Below, in pieces: positions 40,069-56,939 of a DNA stretch of 64,000 nucleotides. The stretch lies in NCBI RefSeq assembly GCF_009931435.1, contig NZ_CP043414.1. One strand, 5' to 3'. This DNA is from Escherichia coli. Its GTDB lineage: Bacteria; Pseudomonadota; Gammaproteobacteria; Enterobacterales; Enterobacteriaceae. The notes beneath the pieces were generated by a model. That model saw only the letters and a list, made by a program, of their open reading frames with translations. It did no database searches and was not told the origin of the DNA. Both the position numbers and the translations under genes were made by a program. The stretch's first letter is position 1; the number at the start of each line of letters is the position of its first letter.

Positions 40069-40171
40069 ATTGAAGTCCAGGCTGCAAAGTCTGGGCTTTT
40101 GTCGTATTAGGGCGCGGTAAAGTTTTGCTGTACCCATAAAAAATGGCTGGCTTTACACAAGGAATGTGGCA

Positions 40172-47018
<6,847 letters not shown>

Positions 47019-48668
47019 GTGAACTGGCGCAGAATCGTCTGGCTATTAGCGTTGGTTACTCTGCCAACGCTGGCGGAGGAAACGCCGTTACAACTGGCGC
47101 TGCGGGGCGCGCAACACGATCAACTGTATCAGCTGTCGTCATCAGGCGTGACCAAAGTCTCGGCATTACCTGACACGCTCACCACGCCATTAGGGAGTTT
47201 GTGGAAACTGTATGTTTACGCCTGGCTGGAGGATACCCATCAACCAGAGCAGCCCTACCAGTGTCGCGGAAACTCCCCGGAAGAGGTTTATTGTTGTCAG
47301 GCTGGGGAGAGCATAACGCGCGATACCGCGCTGGTACGCTCCTGTGGACTCTATTTTGCGCCGCAACGGTTGCATATTGGTGCAGATGTTTGGGGGCAAT
47401 ACTGGCAACAGCGTCAGGCACCTGCGTGGTTAGCGTCTCTTCCGACGCTGAAGCCAGAAACCTCGGTAACGGTTAAATCGCTGCTTGATTCATTAGCGAC
47501 GTTACCCGCGCAAAACAAAGCTCAGGAAATCTTACTGGATGTGGTGCTGGACGAGGCGAAAATCGGTGTCGCATCCATGCTCGGTAGTCGGGTAAGGGTG
47601 AAAACCTGGAGCTGGTTTGCCGATGATGAGCAGGAAATCCGGCAGGGTGGTTTTGCCGGCTGGTTAACCGATGGTACACCGCTGTGGGTTACTGGCAGTG
47701 GCACCAGCAAAACGGTACTGACCCGTTATGCGACGGTGCTTAATCGGGTATTGCCAGTGCCGACGCAAGTTGCCAGTGGGCAATGTGTAGAGGTGGAGCT
47801 GTTTGCCCGTTATCCGCTGAAGAAAATCACGGCGGAAAAGAGTACGACAGCAGTAAAACCCGGCGTACTTAATGGGCGCTATCGTGTGACGTTTGCCAAT
47901 GGTAACCACATTACGTTTGTCAGCCACGGTGAGACGACCTTACTGACAGAAAAGGGCAAACTGAAATTGCAGTCGCATCTTGATCGTGAAGAGTACGTTG
48001 CCAGAGTACTGGATCGCGAGGCGAAAAGTACGCCCCCTGAGGCAGCGAAAGCTATGACCGTGGCGATTCGCACTTTCTTACAGCAAAACGCCAATCGGGA
48101 AGGCGATTGCCTGACCATCCCCGACAGCAGCGCCATGCAGCGTGTTTCTGCTTCGCCAGCCACCACGGGCGCGCGGACGATGACCGCCTGGACGCAGGAT
48201 CTCATTTACGCTGGCGATCCGGTTCATTATCACGGCAGTCGCGCTACCGAAGGGACACTCTCCTGGCGGCAAGCCACCGCCCAGGCGGGACAGGGAGAGC
48301 GTTACGACCAGATACTCACGTTTGCTTATCCCGACAATAGCCTTAGCCGCTGGGGAGCGCCACGCTCAACCTGCCAGTTATTACCTAAAGCGAAGGCCTG
48401 GCTGGCGAAAAAAATGCCGCAGTGGCGGGGTATGTTACAAGGCGAGACGGGGTACAACGAACCAGACGTGTTTGCGGTCTGCCGTTTAGTCTCAGGTTTC
48501 CCCTATACCGATCGGCAGCAGAAACGGCTGTTTATTCGTAACTTCTTTACGCTTCAGGATCGGCTTGATTTAACCCATGAGTATCTGCACCTGGCCTTTG
48601 ATGGTTATCCCACCGGGCTTGATGAGAACTATATCGAAACGCTGACCCGACAATTATTAATGGACTAA
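47019..48668 (+). CDS. yfaQ: uncharacterised conserved secreted protein (549 aa)
   Basis: GTG start immediately after the yfaS stop (TAAGTG), implying translational coupling; signal peptide WLLALVTLPTLA. Confidence 0.85.
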   Translation: MNWRRIVWLLALVTLPTLAEETPLQLALRGAQHDQLYQLSSSGVTKVSALPDTLTTPLGSLWKLYVYAWLEDTHQPEQPYQCRGNSPEEVYCCQAGESITRDTALVRSCGLYFAPQRLHIGADVWGQYWQQRQAPAWLASLPTLKPETSVTVKSLLDSLATLPAQNKAQEILLDVVLDEAKIGVASMLGSRVRVKTWSWFADDEQEIRQGGFAGWLTDGTPLWVTGSGTSKTVLTRYATVLNRVLPVPTQVASGQCVEVELFARYPLKKITAEKSTTAVKPGVLNGRYRVTFANGNHITFVSHGETTLLTEKGKLKLQSHLDREEYVARVLDREAKSTPPEAAKAMTVAIRTFLQQNANREGDCLTIPDSSAMQRVSASPATTGARTMTAWTQDLIYAGDPVHYHGSRATEGTLSWRQATAQAGQGERYDQILTFAYPDNSLSRWGAPRSTCQLLPKAKAWLAKKMPQWRGMLQGETGYNEPDVFAVCRLVSGFPYTDRQQKRLFIRNFFTLQDRLDLTHEYLHLAFDGYPTGLDENYIETLTRQLLMD

Positions 48669-48672
48669 TGCT

Positions 48673-49449
48673 ATGCGAAAGATTTTTTTTCCGTTGTTAC
48701 TGGTGGCGCTTTCGCCTGTCGCTCACAGTGAAGGTGTACAGGAAGTCGAGATTGATGCACCGCTCTCTGGCTGGCATCCTGCGGATGGTGAAGATGCCAG
48801 CTTTTCACAATCGATCAATTACCCCGCGTCGTCCGTCAACATGGCAGATGATCAAAATATCTCAGCGCAGATCCGCGGCAAAATAAAGAATTATGCGGCG
48901 GCGGGTAAAGTTCAGCAGGGCCGGTTGGTGGTCAACGGTGCCAGTATGCCGCAGAGAATTGAATCCGATGGTTCATTTGCACGCCCTTATATTTTCACTG
49001 AAGGCAGCAACAGCGTGCAGGTCATCAGCCCAGATGGGCGAAGTCGACAAAAAATGCAGTTTTACTCAACGCCGGGGGCTGGAGTGATTCGCGCGCGTTT
49101 ACGGCTGGTTCTCTCGTGGGATACGGACAATACCGACCTCGATCTTCATGTTGTCACGCCGGATGGTGAACACGCCTGGTACGGTAACACGGTGCTGAAA
49201 AACAGTGGTGCACTGGATATGGATGTCACGACGGGGTACGGACCGGAGATTTTCGCCATGCCAGCGCCAGTTCACGGGCGCTATCAGGTATATATCAACT
49301 ACTATGGCGGACGCAGTGAAACGGAATTGACGACCGCCCAACTGACGCTGATCACCGATGAAGGATCGGTTAATGAGAAACAGGAAACATTTATTGTACC
49401 GATGCGTAATGCTGGCGAACTGACGCTGGTGAAAAGTTTTGACTGGTGA
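48673..49449 (+). CDS. yfaP: uncharacterised conserved secreted protein (258 aa)
   Basis: Starts 4 nt after the yfaQ stop; signal peptide MRKIFFPLLLVALSPVAHS. Confidence 0.85.
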   Translation: MRKIFFPLLLVALSPVAHSEGVQEVEIDAPLSGWHPADGEDASFSQSINYPASSVNMADDQNISAQIRGKIKNYAAAGKVQQGRLVVNGASMPQRIESDGSFARPYIFTEGSNSVQVISPDGRSRQKMQFYSTPGAGVIRARLRLVLSWDTDNTDLDLHVVTPDGEHAWYGNTVLKNSGALDMDVTTGYGPEIFAMPAPVHGRYQVYINYYGGRSETELTTAQLTLITDEGSVNEKQETFIVPMRNAGELTLVKSFDW

Positions 49450-49482
49450 TTACTGAGGTTATCTTTACTGTCAATGTTCAAG

Positions 49483-49517
49483 AAAACGCCCGATGACTTT
49501 CGCTATCGGGCGTTTTT
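49483..49517. terminator. Bidirectional intrinsic terminator between convergent yfaP and atoB
   Basis: AAAACGCCCGAT-N11-ATCGGGCGTTTTT: a 10-bp perfect stem flanked by A and T runs. Confidence 0.65.
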
Positions 49518-49522
49518 ACATG

Positions 49523-50707
49523 TTAATTCAATCGTTCAATCACCATCGCAATTCCTTGACCGCCGCCAATGCACAACGTTGCCAGACCCAGCGTTTTATC
49601 GCGTGCCTGCATTGCATGTAATAGTGTGACCAGAATACGCGCACCGCTGGCGCCGATAGGATGCCCCAGCGCGATGGCCCCGCCGTTGACATTCACTTTC
49701 TCAGGATCAAAGCCCAGTGTTTTCCCAACGGCAAGGAACTGCGCGGCAAATGCTTCATTGGCTTCGATAAGATCAATGTCTGCCAGCTGCAGCCCCGCCA
49801 GTTGTAACGCTTTTTGCGTGGCAGGTACTGGCCCCATACCCATCAATGCGGGGGGCACTCCACCGCTGGCATAACTTTTAATGCGAGCCAAGGGGGTAAG
49901 GCCTGCTGCCAGCGCCGTAGATTCTTCCATAATCACCAGAGCGGCAGCACCGTCGTTAATACCTGACGCGTTCCCGGCGGTGACAGTACCTGCTTTATCG
50001 AAGGCCGGACGCAATGCAGCCAGAGCTTCTGTAGTAGAATCTGGTTTCGGGAATTCGTCTTGACTGAAGACGAGGGTTTTCTTCCGGGTGACAACATTTA
50101 CCGGGACGATTTCGGCTGTAAAAGCACCGGACTCAATTGCGGCAGCCGCTTTACGCTGTGAATGTAGCGCCAGTTCATCCTGCATTTCGCGGGTAATCCC
50201 GTACTCCTTAGCCACGTTTTCGGCGGTAATTCCCATATGATAACCATGGGTGGCGCACATCAGGCCATCGCGCAGGATTACGTCATAAACCTGTCCGTCT
50301 CCCAGACGATAACCAGAGCGCGCTTTTGCATCGAGTAAGTAGGGCGCTAAACTCATATTTTCCATACCCCCCGCCACAATGCTCTGCGCCTGACCTGCCT
50401 GAATTGCCTGGGCGGCAAGCGCCACGCTTTTCAGACCCGAACCACACACTTTATTGACCGTGAATCCGCACACCGTTTCGGCCAGTCCGCTTTTTAACAA
50501 TGCCTGACGCGCCGGATTTTGCCCCAGCCCGGCTTGCAACACGTTACCCATAATCACTTCATCGATATGTTGTGAATCGATTTTTGCGCGTTCAATAGCG
50601 GCCTGAATTACTGTTGCTCCCAGATCGATGGCGCTGGTGGAGGCGAGTGAACCATTAAAACTACCGATGGCAGTACGTACCGCACTGACGATGACACAAT
50701 TTTTCAT
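49523..50707 (-). CDS. atoB: acetyl-CoA acetyltransferase / thiolase II (394 aa)
   Basis: 394-aa thiolase ORF with conserved Cys and Gly-rich motifs. Confidence 0.95.
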   Translation of the reverse strand: MKNCVIVSAVRTAIGSFNGSLASTSAIDLGATVIQAAIERAKIDSQHIDEVIMGNVLQAGLGQNPARQALLKSGLAETVCGFTVNKVCGSGLKSVALAAQAIQAGQAQSIVAGGMENMSLAPYLLDAKARSGYRLGDGQVYDVILRDGLMCATHGYHMGITAENVAKEYGITREMQDELALHSQRKAAAAIESGAFTAEIVPVNVVTRKKTLVFSQDEFPKPDSTTEALAALRPAFDKAGTVTAGNASGINDGAAALVIMEESTALAAGLTPLARIKSYASGGVPPALMGMGPVPATQKALQLAGLQLADIDLIEANEAFAAQFLAVGKTLGFDPEKVNVNGGAIALGHPIGASGARILVTLLHAMQARDKTLGLATLCIGGGQGIAMVIERLN

Positions 50708-50737
50708 TTTATATTCCTTCTGTCTGTAAAGTTGCCG

Positions 50738-52060
50738 TCAGAACAGCGTTAAACCAATGACGAAAATGACGCCGGAGAAAAGCAGAGCAGTGATGCAATA
50801 GCCCATGATGTCGCGGACACCGAGTCCGGCGATTGCCAGTGCTGGCAGCGCCCAGAACGGTTGTGCCATGTTCATCCATTGCTCGCCGTAGGCGATCGCC
50901 ATTACCGATTTACCGAGATCGGCTCCCAGCGCCTGGGCTGCAGGTATCACGAAAGGTCCCTGAATAACCCAGTGACCGCCGCCAGACGGAACGGCGAAGT
51001 TAATCAGTGCAGAACTAAAGAAGGTCATTACCGGGAAGGTGTCTTTGTTCGCAACATTGATGAAGAATTCAGTAATGAACCCACCCAGACCGGAGTGCTC
51101 CATCATCAGTTGGATCCCGGCGTAGAAGGGGAATTGCACCAGAATACCGGCGGTACTGCGCGCAGCCGCGCTGATAGCACGCATATAAGCCATTGGCGTT
51201 TTATGTAGCAGCAGACCCGCAATCATAAACATCAGGTTGACGGTATTGATGGTGATGTTGAAGCCATGTTCGCTGAAGTACATCGCCAGGTAAGCGATAC
51301 CGAGTGCGCCGATGATCAACGTCAGGATGCGACTTTCCTCCAGTCGCTCGGATGGTGGGGCATCTTTCGGTAGCTGCTTCTGAAAATCAGCCTCTTCCAT
51401 GAGTAGTTTCGGATCGATACTCACCACGTCAGACGGTTTTGGCATCATCATGCGGGTAATAAATGGCATCACCACAATCAATGCCACAGTGATGAAAATG
51501 TTAAAACCACTGAACAGAGTATCGCCCACCGGGATAAGCCCGGCGATATGCTCAACCGGATTGCCCGGTGTGGCAGCCAACAGAGGCATTGAACCAGAGA
51601 AACCGCCACCCCAGGTAAGAAAACCAATGTAGGCGCAGGCAATGAGCAACGGATAATCAGAACCGGGTACTCGCCGGGCGACTTCACGGGCGAACATTGC
51701 TCCGACAACCAGACCAAATCCCCAGTTGATGACACAAGCGACTGAACCGAAGAAAGTGACCAGCATGACGCCCTGTACGGGCGTCTTTGCGGCGGAAGCG
51801 GCAGTACGCAGCAAGCTTTTCACCGGAGCAGAGCTGGCAAGGGCATGACCGGTAACGATGATAAGCGCCATCTGCATACCGAACGCCAGCAAGTTCCAGA
51901 AACCGTCCCCCCACATTTTCACCATGCTGATCGGCGTTTGTGGTGTTAACCAAAGCGCGATCACGAACGTTAGCAATGTCAGCAACATGGCAAAGATCAG
52001 TGGATCGGGAAGCCACCGGCTGACAAAACGCGTCATAAAACGCGAGATGCGACCAATCAT
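50738..52060 (-). CDS. atoE: short-chain fatty acid transporter (440 aa)
   Basis: 440-aa polytopic membrane ORF within the ato operon. Confidence 0.9.
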   Translation of the reverse strand: MIGRISRFMTRFVSRWLPDPLIFAMLLTLLTFVIALWLTPQTPISMVKMWGDGFWNLLAFGMQMALIIVTGHALASSAPVKSLLRTAASAAKTPVQGVMLVTFFGSVACVINWGFGLVVGAMFAREVARRVPGSDYPLLIACAYIGFLTWGGGFSGSMPLLAATPGNPVEHIAGLIPVGDTLFSGFNIFITVALIVVMPFITRMMMPKPSDVVSIDPKLLMEEADFQKQLPKDAPPSERLEESRILTLIIGALGIAYLAMYFSEHGFNITINTVNLMFMIAGLLLHKTPMAYMRAISAAARSTAGILVQFPFYAGIQLMMEHSGLGGFITEFFINVANKDTFPVMTFFSSALINFAVPSGGGHWVIQGPFVIPAAQALGADLGKSVMAIAYGEQWMNMAQPFWALPALAIAGLGVRDIMGYCITALLFSGVIFVIGLTLF

Positions 52061-52707
52061 AAATCACCCCGCTGCGTATTCAGATCGGCGGCGACTTCAA
52101 ACTGAGCTTCGGTTTTGGCACGCACGGTGGCTAAATCACACCCGTCGGCAATTTCGGTGAGCCACATTTTGCCGTCAATGAAACGAAAGACTGCCAGTTC
52201 AGTGACCAGCATATGCACCGCGTGTTGCGCAGTGAGCGGCATGGTGCAGCGGCGCAAAATTTTTGCTGAACCATCTTTGGCGCAATGTTCCATGGCGATG
52301 ATCACTTTGCGCGACCCGGTCACCAGATCCATCGCGCCACCCATACCGGGCACCATTTTTCCAGGCACTACCCAGTTCGCGAGGTTGGCTTCTTCGTCTA
52401 CCTGCAAACCACCGAGTACGCAGGCATCAATATGACCACCACGAATCAGCGCAAACGACATTGCGCTGTCGAACATCGCTGCGCCGGGTAAAATGCCGCA
52501 TGGTTGCCCGCCAGCGTTCACCAGATCTGGATGCGCTGTAGTGACTGGGCCTAAACCGAGGAAGCCATTTTCCGATTGCAGAGTGATATGAATATCCTCC
52601 GGTAAATAATTGGCGACCATTGTGGGTAAACCGATCCCTAAGTTAACGATGTCACCATCACGAAGCTCTTGCGCCACACGGCGCGCAATACGTTGTTTCG
52701 CATCCAT
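52057..52707 (-). CDS. atoA: acetate CoA-transferase beta subunit (216 aa)
   Basis: 216-aa ORF; 3-oxoacid CoA-transferase subunit B family. Confidence 0.95.
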   Translation of the reverse strand: MDAKQRIARRVAQELRDGDIVNLGIGLPTMVANYLPEDIHITLQSENGFLGLGPVTTAHPDLVNAGGQPCGILPGAAMFDSAMSFALIRGGHIDACVLGGLQVDEEANLANWVVPGKMVPGMGGAMDLVTGSRKVIIAMEHCAKDGSAKILRRCTMPLTAQHAVHMLVTELAVFRFIDGKMWLTEIADGCDLATVRAKTEAQFEVAADLNTQRGDL

Positions 52708-53369
52708 TATTTGCTCTCCTGTGAAACGATGATGTGGTCGATAACGGCACCAGGGGTGACAATATGGTCAGGTTGCAGTTCGCCGGTTTCGACCAGTTCA
52801 TCTGGCTCCACCAGCGTGATATCAGCCGCAAGGGCAATCAGGGGGTTAAAGTTGCGGGCGCTAAGTTGGTAGGTCAGGTTGCCAAGTGTGTCGCAACGAT
52901 GGGCGCGAATGAGCGCCAGGTCGGCGCGCAGTGGACGTTCAAGCAGCCAGGTTTTACCGTCGAGTGTCAGCGTCTGTTTGCCTTCCTCTACGACGGTGCC
53001 GACACCAGTTGGCGTGAGAAAACCACCAAGTCCAGCTCCACCACAGCGAATTTGCTCAATCAATGTACCTTGCGGTACGAGAACGACCTCCATTTCGCCA
53101 GAAATCATGCGCCGTCCGGTTTCCGGGTTGGTGCCGATATGTGAAGCAATTACTTTGCGGACTCGACCATTGACGATGAGCGGACCGATGCCGGTATCAA
53201 CAAACGCGGTATCATTGGCTATCAATGTCAGGTCGCGAACGCCAGATTCCAGTAATGCTTCCACCAGGCGGGATGGAGTGCCAATTCCCATAAATCCGCC
53301 CACCATGATGGTCATGCCGTCACGAAAGAAGCCGGAGGCGTCTTGTAATGTCATCAATTTTGTTTTCAT
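52707..53369 (-). CDS. atoD: acetate CoA-transferase alpha subunit (220 aa)
   Basis: 220-aa ORF; CoA-transferase subunit A family. Confidence 0.95.
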   Translation of the reverse strand: MKTKLMTLQDASGFFRDGMTIMVGGFMGIGTPSRLVEALLESGVRDLTLIANDTAFVDTGIGPLIVNGRVRKVIASHIGTNPETGRRMISGEMEVVLVPQGTLIEQIRCGGAGLGGFLTPTGVGTVVEEGKQTLTLDGKTWLLERPLRADLALIRAHRCDTLGNLTYQLSARNFNPLIALAADITLVEPDELVETGELQPDHIVTPGAVIDHIIVSQESK

Positions 53370-53414
53370 TATTTATCCCTCTTGCATACACCGTTGTGGG
53401 TACAGTCAGGGAAT

Positions 53415-53430
53415 AGCAAGGGGAGTGCCA
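53415..53430 (-). promoter_or_regulatory. sigma54 (-24/-12) promoter of atoDAEB
   Basis: On the ato strand TGGCAC-TCCCC-TTGCT matches the sigma54 consensus TGGCAC-N5-TTGCW, about 45 nt upstream of the atoD start. Confidence 0.55.
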
Positions 53431-53513
53431 GAATGAAAATGTTTGATATTGTTTTTTAACTTATTGAATAGTAAAGAATAAATAAGGTGGGGATTAAGAG
53501 GTTGAATGAACGG

Positions 53514-53552
53514 CTATGCAGAAATTTGCGCACTGTGCAAATTTCTGCATAG
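53514..53552. promoter_or_regulatory. Perfect 39-bp palindrome, probable AtoC enhancer binding site
   Basis: CTATGCAGAAATTTGCGCA-C-TGTGCAAATTTCTGCATAG, perfectly symmetric, about 100 nt upstream of the sigma54 promoter and just downstream of the atoC stop. Confidence 0.6.
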
Positions 53553-53564
53553 CAAGTTTTGGCG

Positions 53565-54950
53565 TTATACATCCGCCGGATCGATACCGTATTCCTGGAG
53601 TTTATACATCAATGCACGGCGACTGATGCCCAGCATTAAAGCAGTGCGGGTTCGGTTTCCTTCTTGTTGTTCCAGCACTTCCATAATGATGCGTTTTTCG
53701 ACGCGTTTAATTTCCTCTTTTAAATTACGCTCACCGACAGGGGCTGTTTTTGCTTCACCAGCACTACAGACTGGCTGACGAATCTGCGGCGGAAGATCCT
53801 CAGAAAAAATGATCGGGCCTGAATTCATCACGACGGCGCGTTCAATAACGTTGGAAAGCTCTCGAATATTTCCCGGCCATGACCATGCGGTAAGCAGTGA
53901 CATTGCCATCGGATCGATGTCGATAATATCGCGCTGATTCTCACTACTGAATTTTTGCAAAAAGTGATTAGCTAACAGGGAAATATCTTCCCGGCGATCG
54001 CGCAGAGGCGGCAGTATTAAATGAATAACGTTAAGGCGATAAAAGAGATCTTCACGGAAGGTGCCTTCTTTCACCATTGCCTGCAAGTCGCGGTTGGTGG
54101 CAGCAATGATGCGGATATCAACTTTTATGGTCTGATGACCGCCAATCCGTTCAAATTCCCGTTCCTGCAGAATGCGTAGTAATTTGGCTTGCAGTACCAG
54201 CGGCATTTCACCAATTTCGTCAAGGAGCAGAGTACCTTCGTTGGCACGTTCAAATAATCCCTGACGCAGGGTTTGTGCACCAGTAAATGCGCCTTTTTCA
54301 TGACCAAACAGTTCACTTTCGAGCAACGATTCCGGCAGCGCCGCGCAGTTGACTTTAATAAACGGCCCCTTGGCCCGCCGCGAATTGTAGTGAATCGCTC
54401 TGGCAATCAACTCTTTCCCGGTGCCGCTTTCACCGCTAATCAAGACGCTGGCCTGAGAAAGGGCAATTTTGGCGGTGTCTTTGCAGATGTCCATCATTGC
54501 CGGGCTGTTAGTGAGAATGTGCCCCCATTGCCAACTGGTGCTTAGTGCCTGGTGCAGATGACGGATCTCTTTTTTCATTGACTGGAGTTGTAAAGCGCGC
54601 TGAACGATTAAATTCAACTCATCGAGATCAAACGGTTTGATGACATAGTCAAAGGCTCCGCAGCGTAGTGCTTCGACGGCGGTTTCCACTTCAGCATAGG
54701 CCGTCATCAGAATAACGGGTGTCCGTGTCTCATGGCTGCGCATCTCCTTGAGTGCCTTGATGCCGTCCATCTCTGGCATGCGGATATCCATCAACACCAC
54801 GTCAGGGTGAATATCGGCAAACAGGTGTAATGCTGTGCGCCCGTTGTTCGCACAATGTGTTTCGAATCCTTGTAGTGCAAAAGCGGTGCTCAGCATACGG
54901 CGAACATTATCTTCATCATCCACAATAAGGATGCGATTAATAGCAGTCAT
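53565..54950 (-). CDS. atoC: sigma54-dependent response regulator AtoC (461 aa)
   Basis: Receiver domain, AAA+ sigma54-interaction domain (GESGTGKE) and C-terminal HTH. Confidence 0.95.
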   Translation of the reverse strand: MTAINRILIVDDEDNVRRMLSTAFALQGFETHCANNGRTALHLFADIHPDVVLMDIRMPEMDGIKALKEMRSHETRTPVILMTAYAEVETAVEALRCGAFDYVIKPFDLDELNLIVQRALQLQSMKKEIRHLHQALSTSWQWGHILTNSPAMMDICKDTAKIALSQASVLISGESGTGKELIARAIHYNSRRAKGPFIKVNCAALPESLLESELFGHEKGAFTGAQTLRQGLFERANEGTLLLDEIGEMPLVLQAKLLRILQEREFERIGGHQTIKVDIRIIAATNRDLQAMVKEGTFREDLFYRLNVIHLILPPLRDRREDISLLANHFLQKFSSENQRDIIDIDPMAMSLLTAWSWPGNIRELSNVIERAVVMNSGPIIFSEDLPPQIRQPVCSAGEAKTAPVGERNLKEEIKRVEKRIIMEVLEQQEGNRTRTALMLGISRRALMYKLQEYGIDPADV

Positions 54951-56773
54951 ACAGTCTGATTTCCCTGCGGGTTGATCGGTAAAATAAGCGTGAAGGTTGC
55001 GCCGTAGCCCGGCAAACTGGCGACGCGAATATCACCCTGATGGGCATTAATGATGCGTTGACTTAACGCCAGACCAAGCCCGGTTCCTGAGGCTTTGGTA
55101 GTGAAAAAGGGATCGAAGATCTTTTTTTGCAGCGAGAGATCAATGCCACTGCCGTTGTCCTCTATCGAAATGGCCTGTTGTGAGTCGCTATACTGCCAGG
55201 TTCGAATGCGAATTTTCCCTCGTGCACTGATAGCCTGGACGGCATTGATCAGGATATTCAGTAGTACCTGTTTGAGCAGTTCACGATCGGCGTTAATCGG
55301 GCTTAATTCATTATCCAGTTCGCTTATGAAGTCGACTCGCGCTTGTACGCCGGCGGTTTGTACCAGTACCAGAGTTTCTTCAACCAATGCATTGAGGCTG
55401 ACTTGTTGCCATTGACTGTGGCGTGGGCGTGAAAATTCGAGCAATTGCTGAATAACTTTGTTAATTGAATCGATTTCTTTGAGTACTACGGACAGATATT
55501 CCTGATGTATTGGGTCACTGGTTTGTTGGCGCAAGATCTGTACATAACCACGAATAGCCGTTAACGGATTACGTACTTCATGCGCCACGCCAGCCATCAG
55601 CTCACCCAGTGTGGCGAGGCGTTCAGCTTGCGCCATGCGGCGCTGGGTTTCTTTGCGGGCAGTTAAATCAGAGAAAATCACCAAAGCACCTATCATTTCA
55701 CCATGCGTATTATGAATACGACTGGTAGTGACACTGAGTTCAATGGTGCGCTCACGGCCTGGAAAACTGATCTCCAGCGCCACATGTTCGGTACCATGTT
55801 CCAGCGTATCCAGTACTGGACTGTAGAACGGAGTATTGTCGAACAACATGGAGTAAGGCTGCCCTACCAGTTCATGACGTTGATAGCCAGTGATGACTTC
55901 TGCTGCCGGGTTCATGGTGGTTACATCACCCTGGCGGTCAATGGCAATGACGCCATCGGCAGCGTTTTCAATAATCAGATCGTTAAGTGTTCGCGTTTCA
56001 CGCAGTGCCTGGGCGAGGTTGTTGACACTCTGACTAATTTGCCCCATTTCACCGGGCAATTGTGGTAATCGAGTGGGAATATTTTGCGCCAGAGTCGCGA
56101 GACCATCGGTGATGATATCTATATTGGCGCTCAGGCGACGGGAGAAAAGGACAATCAACAGCAGGCTTATCAGCAAACCGGCGGTGAGCACAATGATAAT
56201 CCTCACATCCATTTTCCAGGCCTGGCGGCGAATATCTTCGGTTAATTCATTGGCCCAGATATAACCGAGGATTTCACCATTACGCTCAATGGGGATCATT
56301 GAATTCAAAATATCGCCGCGCACCTGCCTGCCTGAATAAATCAAAGGAGTATTTGTACGCATGACTTCGCGACCAGGGTGATCTGCGGCAATAGTAACGC
56401 CCACATTATTCTGATACAGCGCTGAAGGCGCGTAAGTGATTATCGCATCCAGTGTTTTGTTGTAATAACCAGCACCTATGCCAGGAAAGGCGTGAGTGAT
56501 ATTTTCAGTAATGGGAGCAAGTTCTGCATTCAGTGCGTGGATTCGCTCCTCACGTGGTAAGTCGTTGTAGAGATCGTAGCGATCGCCTAGCGCCTGATTA
56601 AGCAGGTTGACCACGGCAGAAAGTTTTTTCTCTTTTTCAGATAAGACTGCTGAACGTCCTTCCGTTTCTACGATATAACCAATAGTAAGCGTTGGGACAA
56701 TGACCATCAGGATTGCCATCAGGATCATTTGATTGCGTAAGCGGCGTGGATAAATCCACTTCATATAATGCAT
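54947..56773 (-). CDS. atoS: sensor histidine kinase AtoS (608 aa)
   Basis: Start at MHYMKWIYPRR; TM helices, PAS and HisKA/HATPase domains; 4-nt overlap with atoC. Confidence 0.9.
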   Translation of the reverse strand: MHYMKWIYPRRLRNQMILMAILMVIVPTLTIGYIVETEGRSAVLSEKEKKLSAVVNLLNQALGDRYDLYNDLPREERIHALNAELAPITENITHAFPGIGAGYYNKTLDAIITYAPSALYQNNVGVTIAADHPGREVMRTNTPLIYSGRQVRGDILNSMIPIERNGEILGYIWANELTEDIRRQAWKMDVRIIIVLTAGLLISLLLIVLFSRRLSANIDIITDGLATLAQNIPTRLPQLPGEMGQISQSVNNLAQALRETRTLNDLIIENAADGVIAIDRQGDVTTMNPAAEVITGYQRHELVGQPYSMLFDNTPFYSPVLDTLEHGTEHVALEISFPGRERTIELSVTTSRIHNTHGEMIGALVIFSDLTARKETQRRMAQAERLATLGELMAGVAHEVRNPLTAIRGYVQILRQQTSDPIHQEYLSVVLKEIDSINKVIQQLLEFSRPRHSQWQQVSLNALVEETLVLVQTAGVQARVDFISELDNELSPINADRELLKQVLLNILINAVQAISARGKIRIRTWQYSDSQQAISIEDNGSGIDLSLQKKIFDPFFTTKASGTGLGLALSQRIINAHQGDIRVASLPGYGATFTLILPINPQGNQTV

Positions 56774-56939
56774 GCTGAATCCCACTAGTCTTGTCCGGTA
56801 TATGACGATTATCAGAGGTTAAGGTGATGATTTCTCGGCGGTGTATCATATTCCAGAGAAGAGAGAACATTGCGGTAACACGCTTTTACCGCTACCTTAA
56901 CCACACTCCATCGGTCACCTGAGGCGGAGCTTCGCCCCT

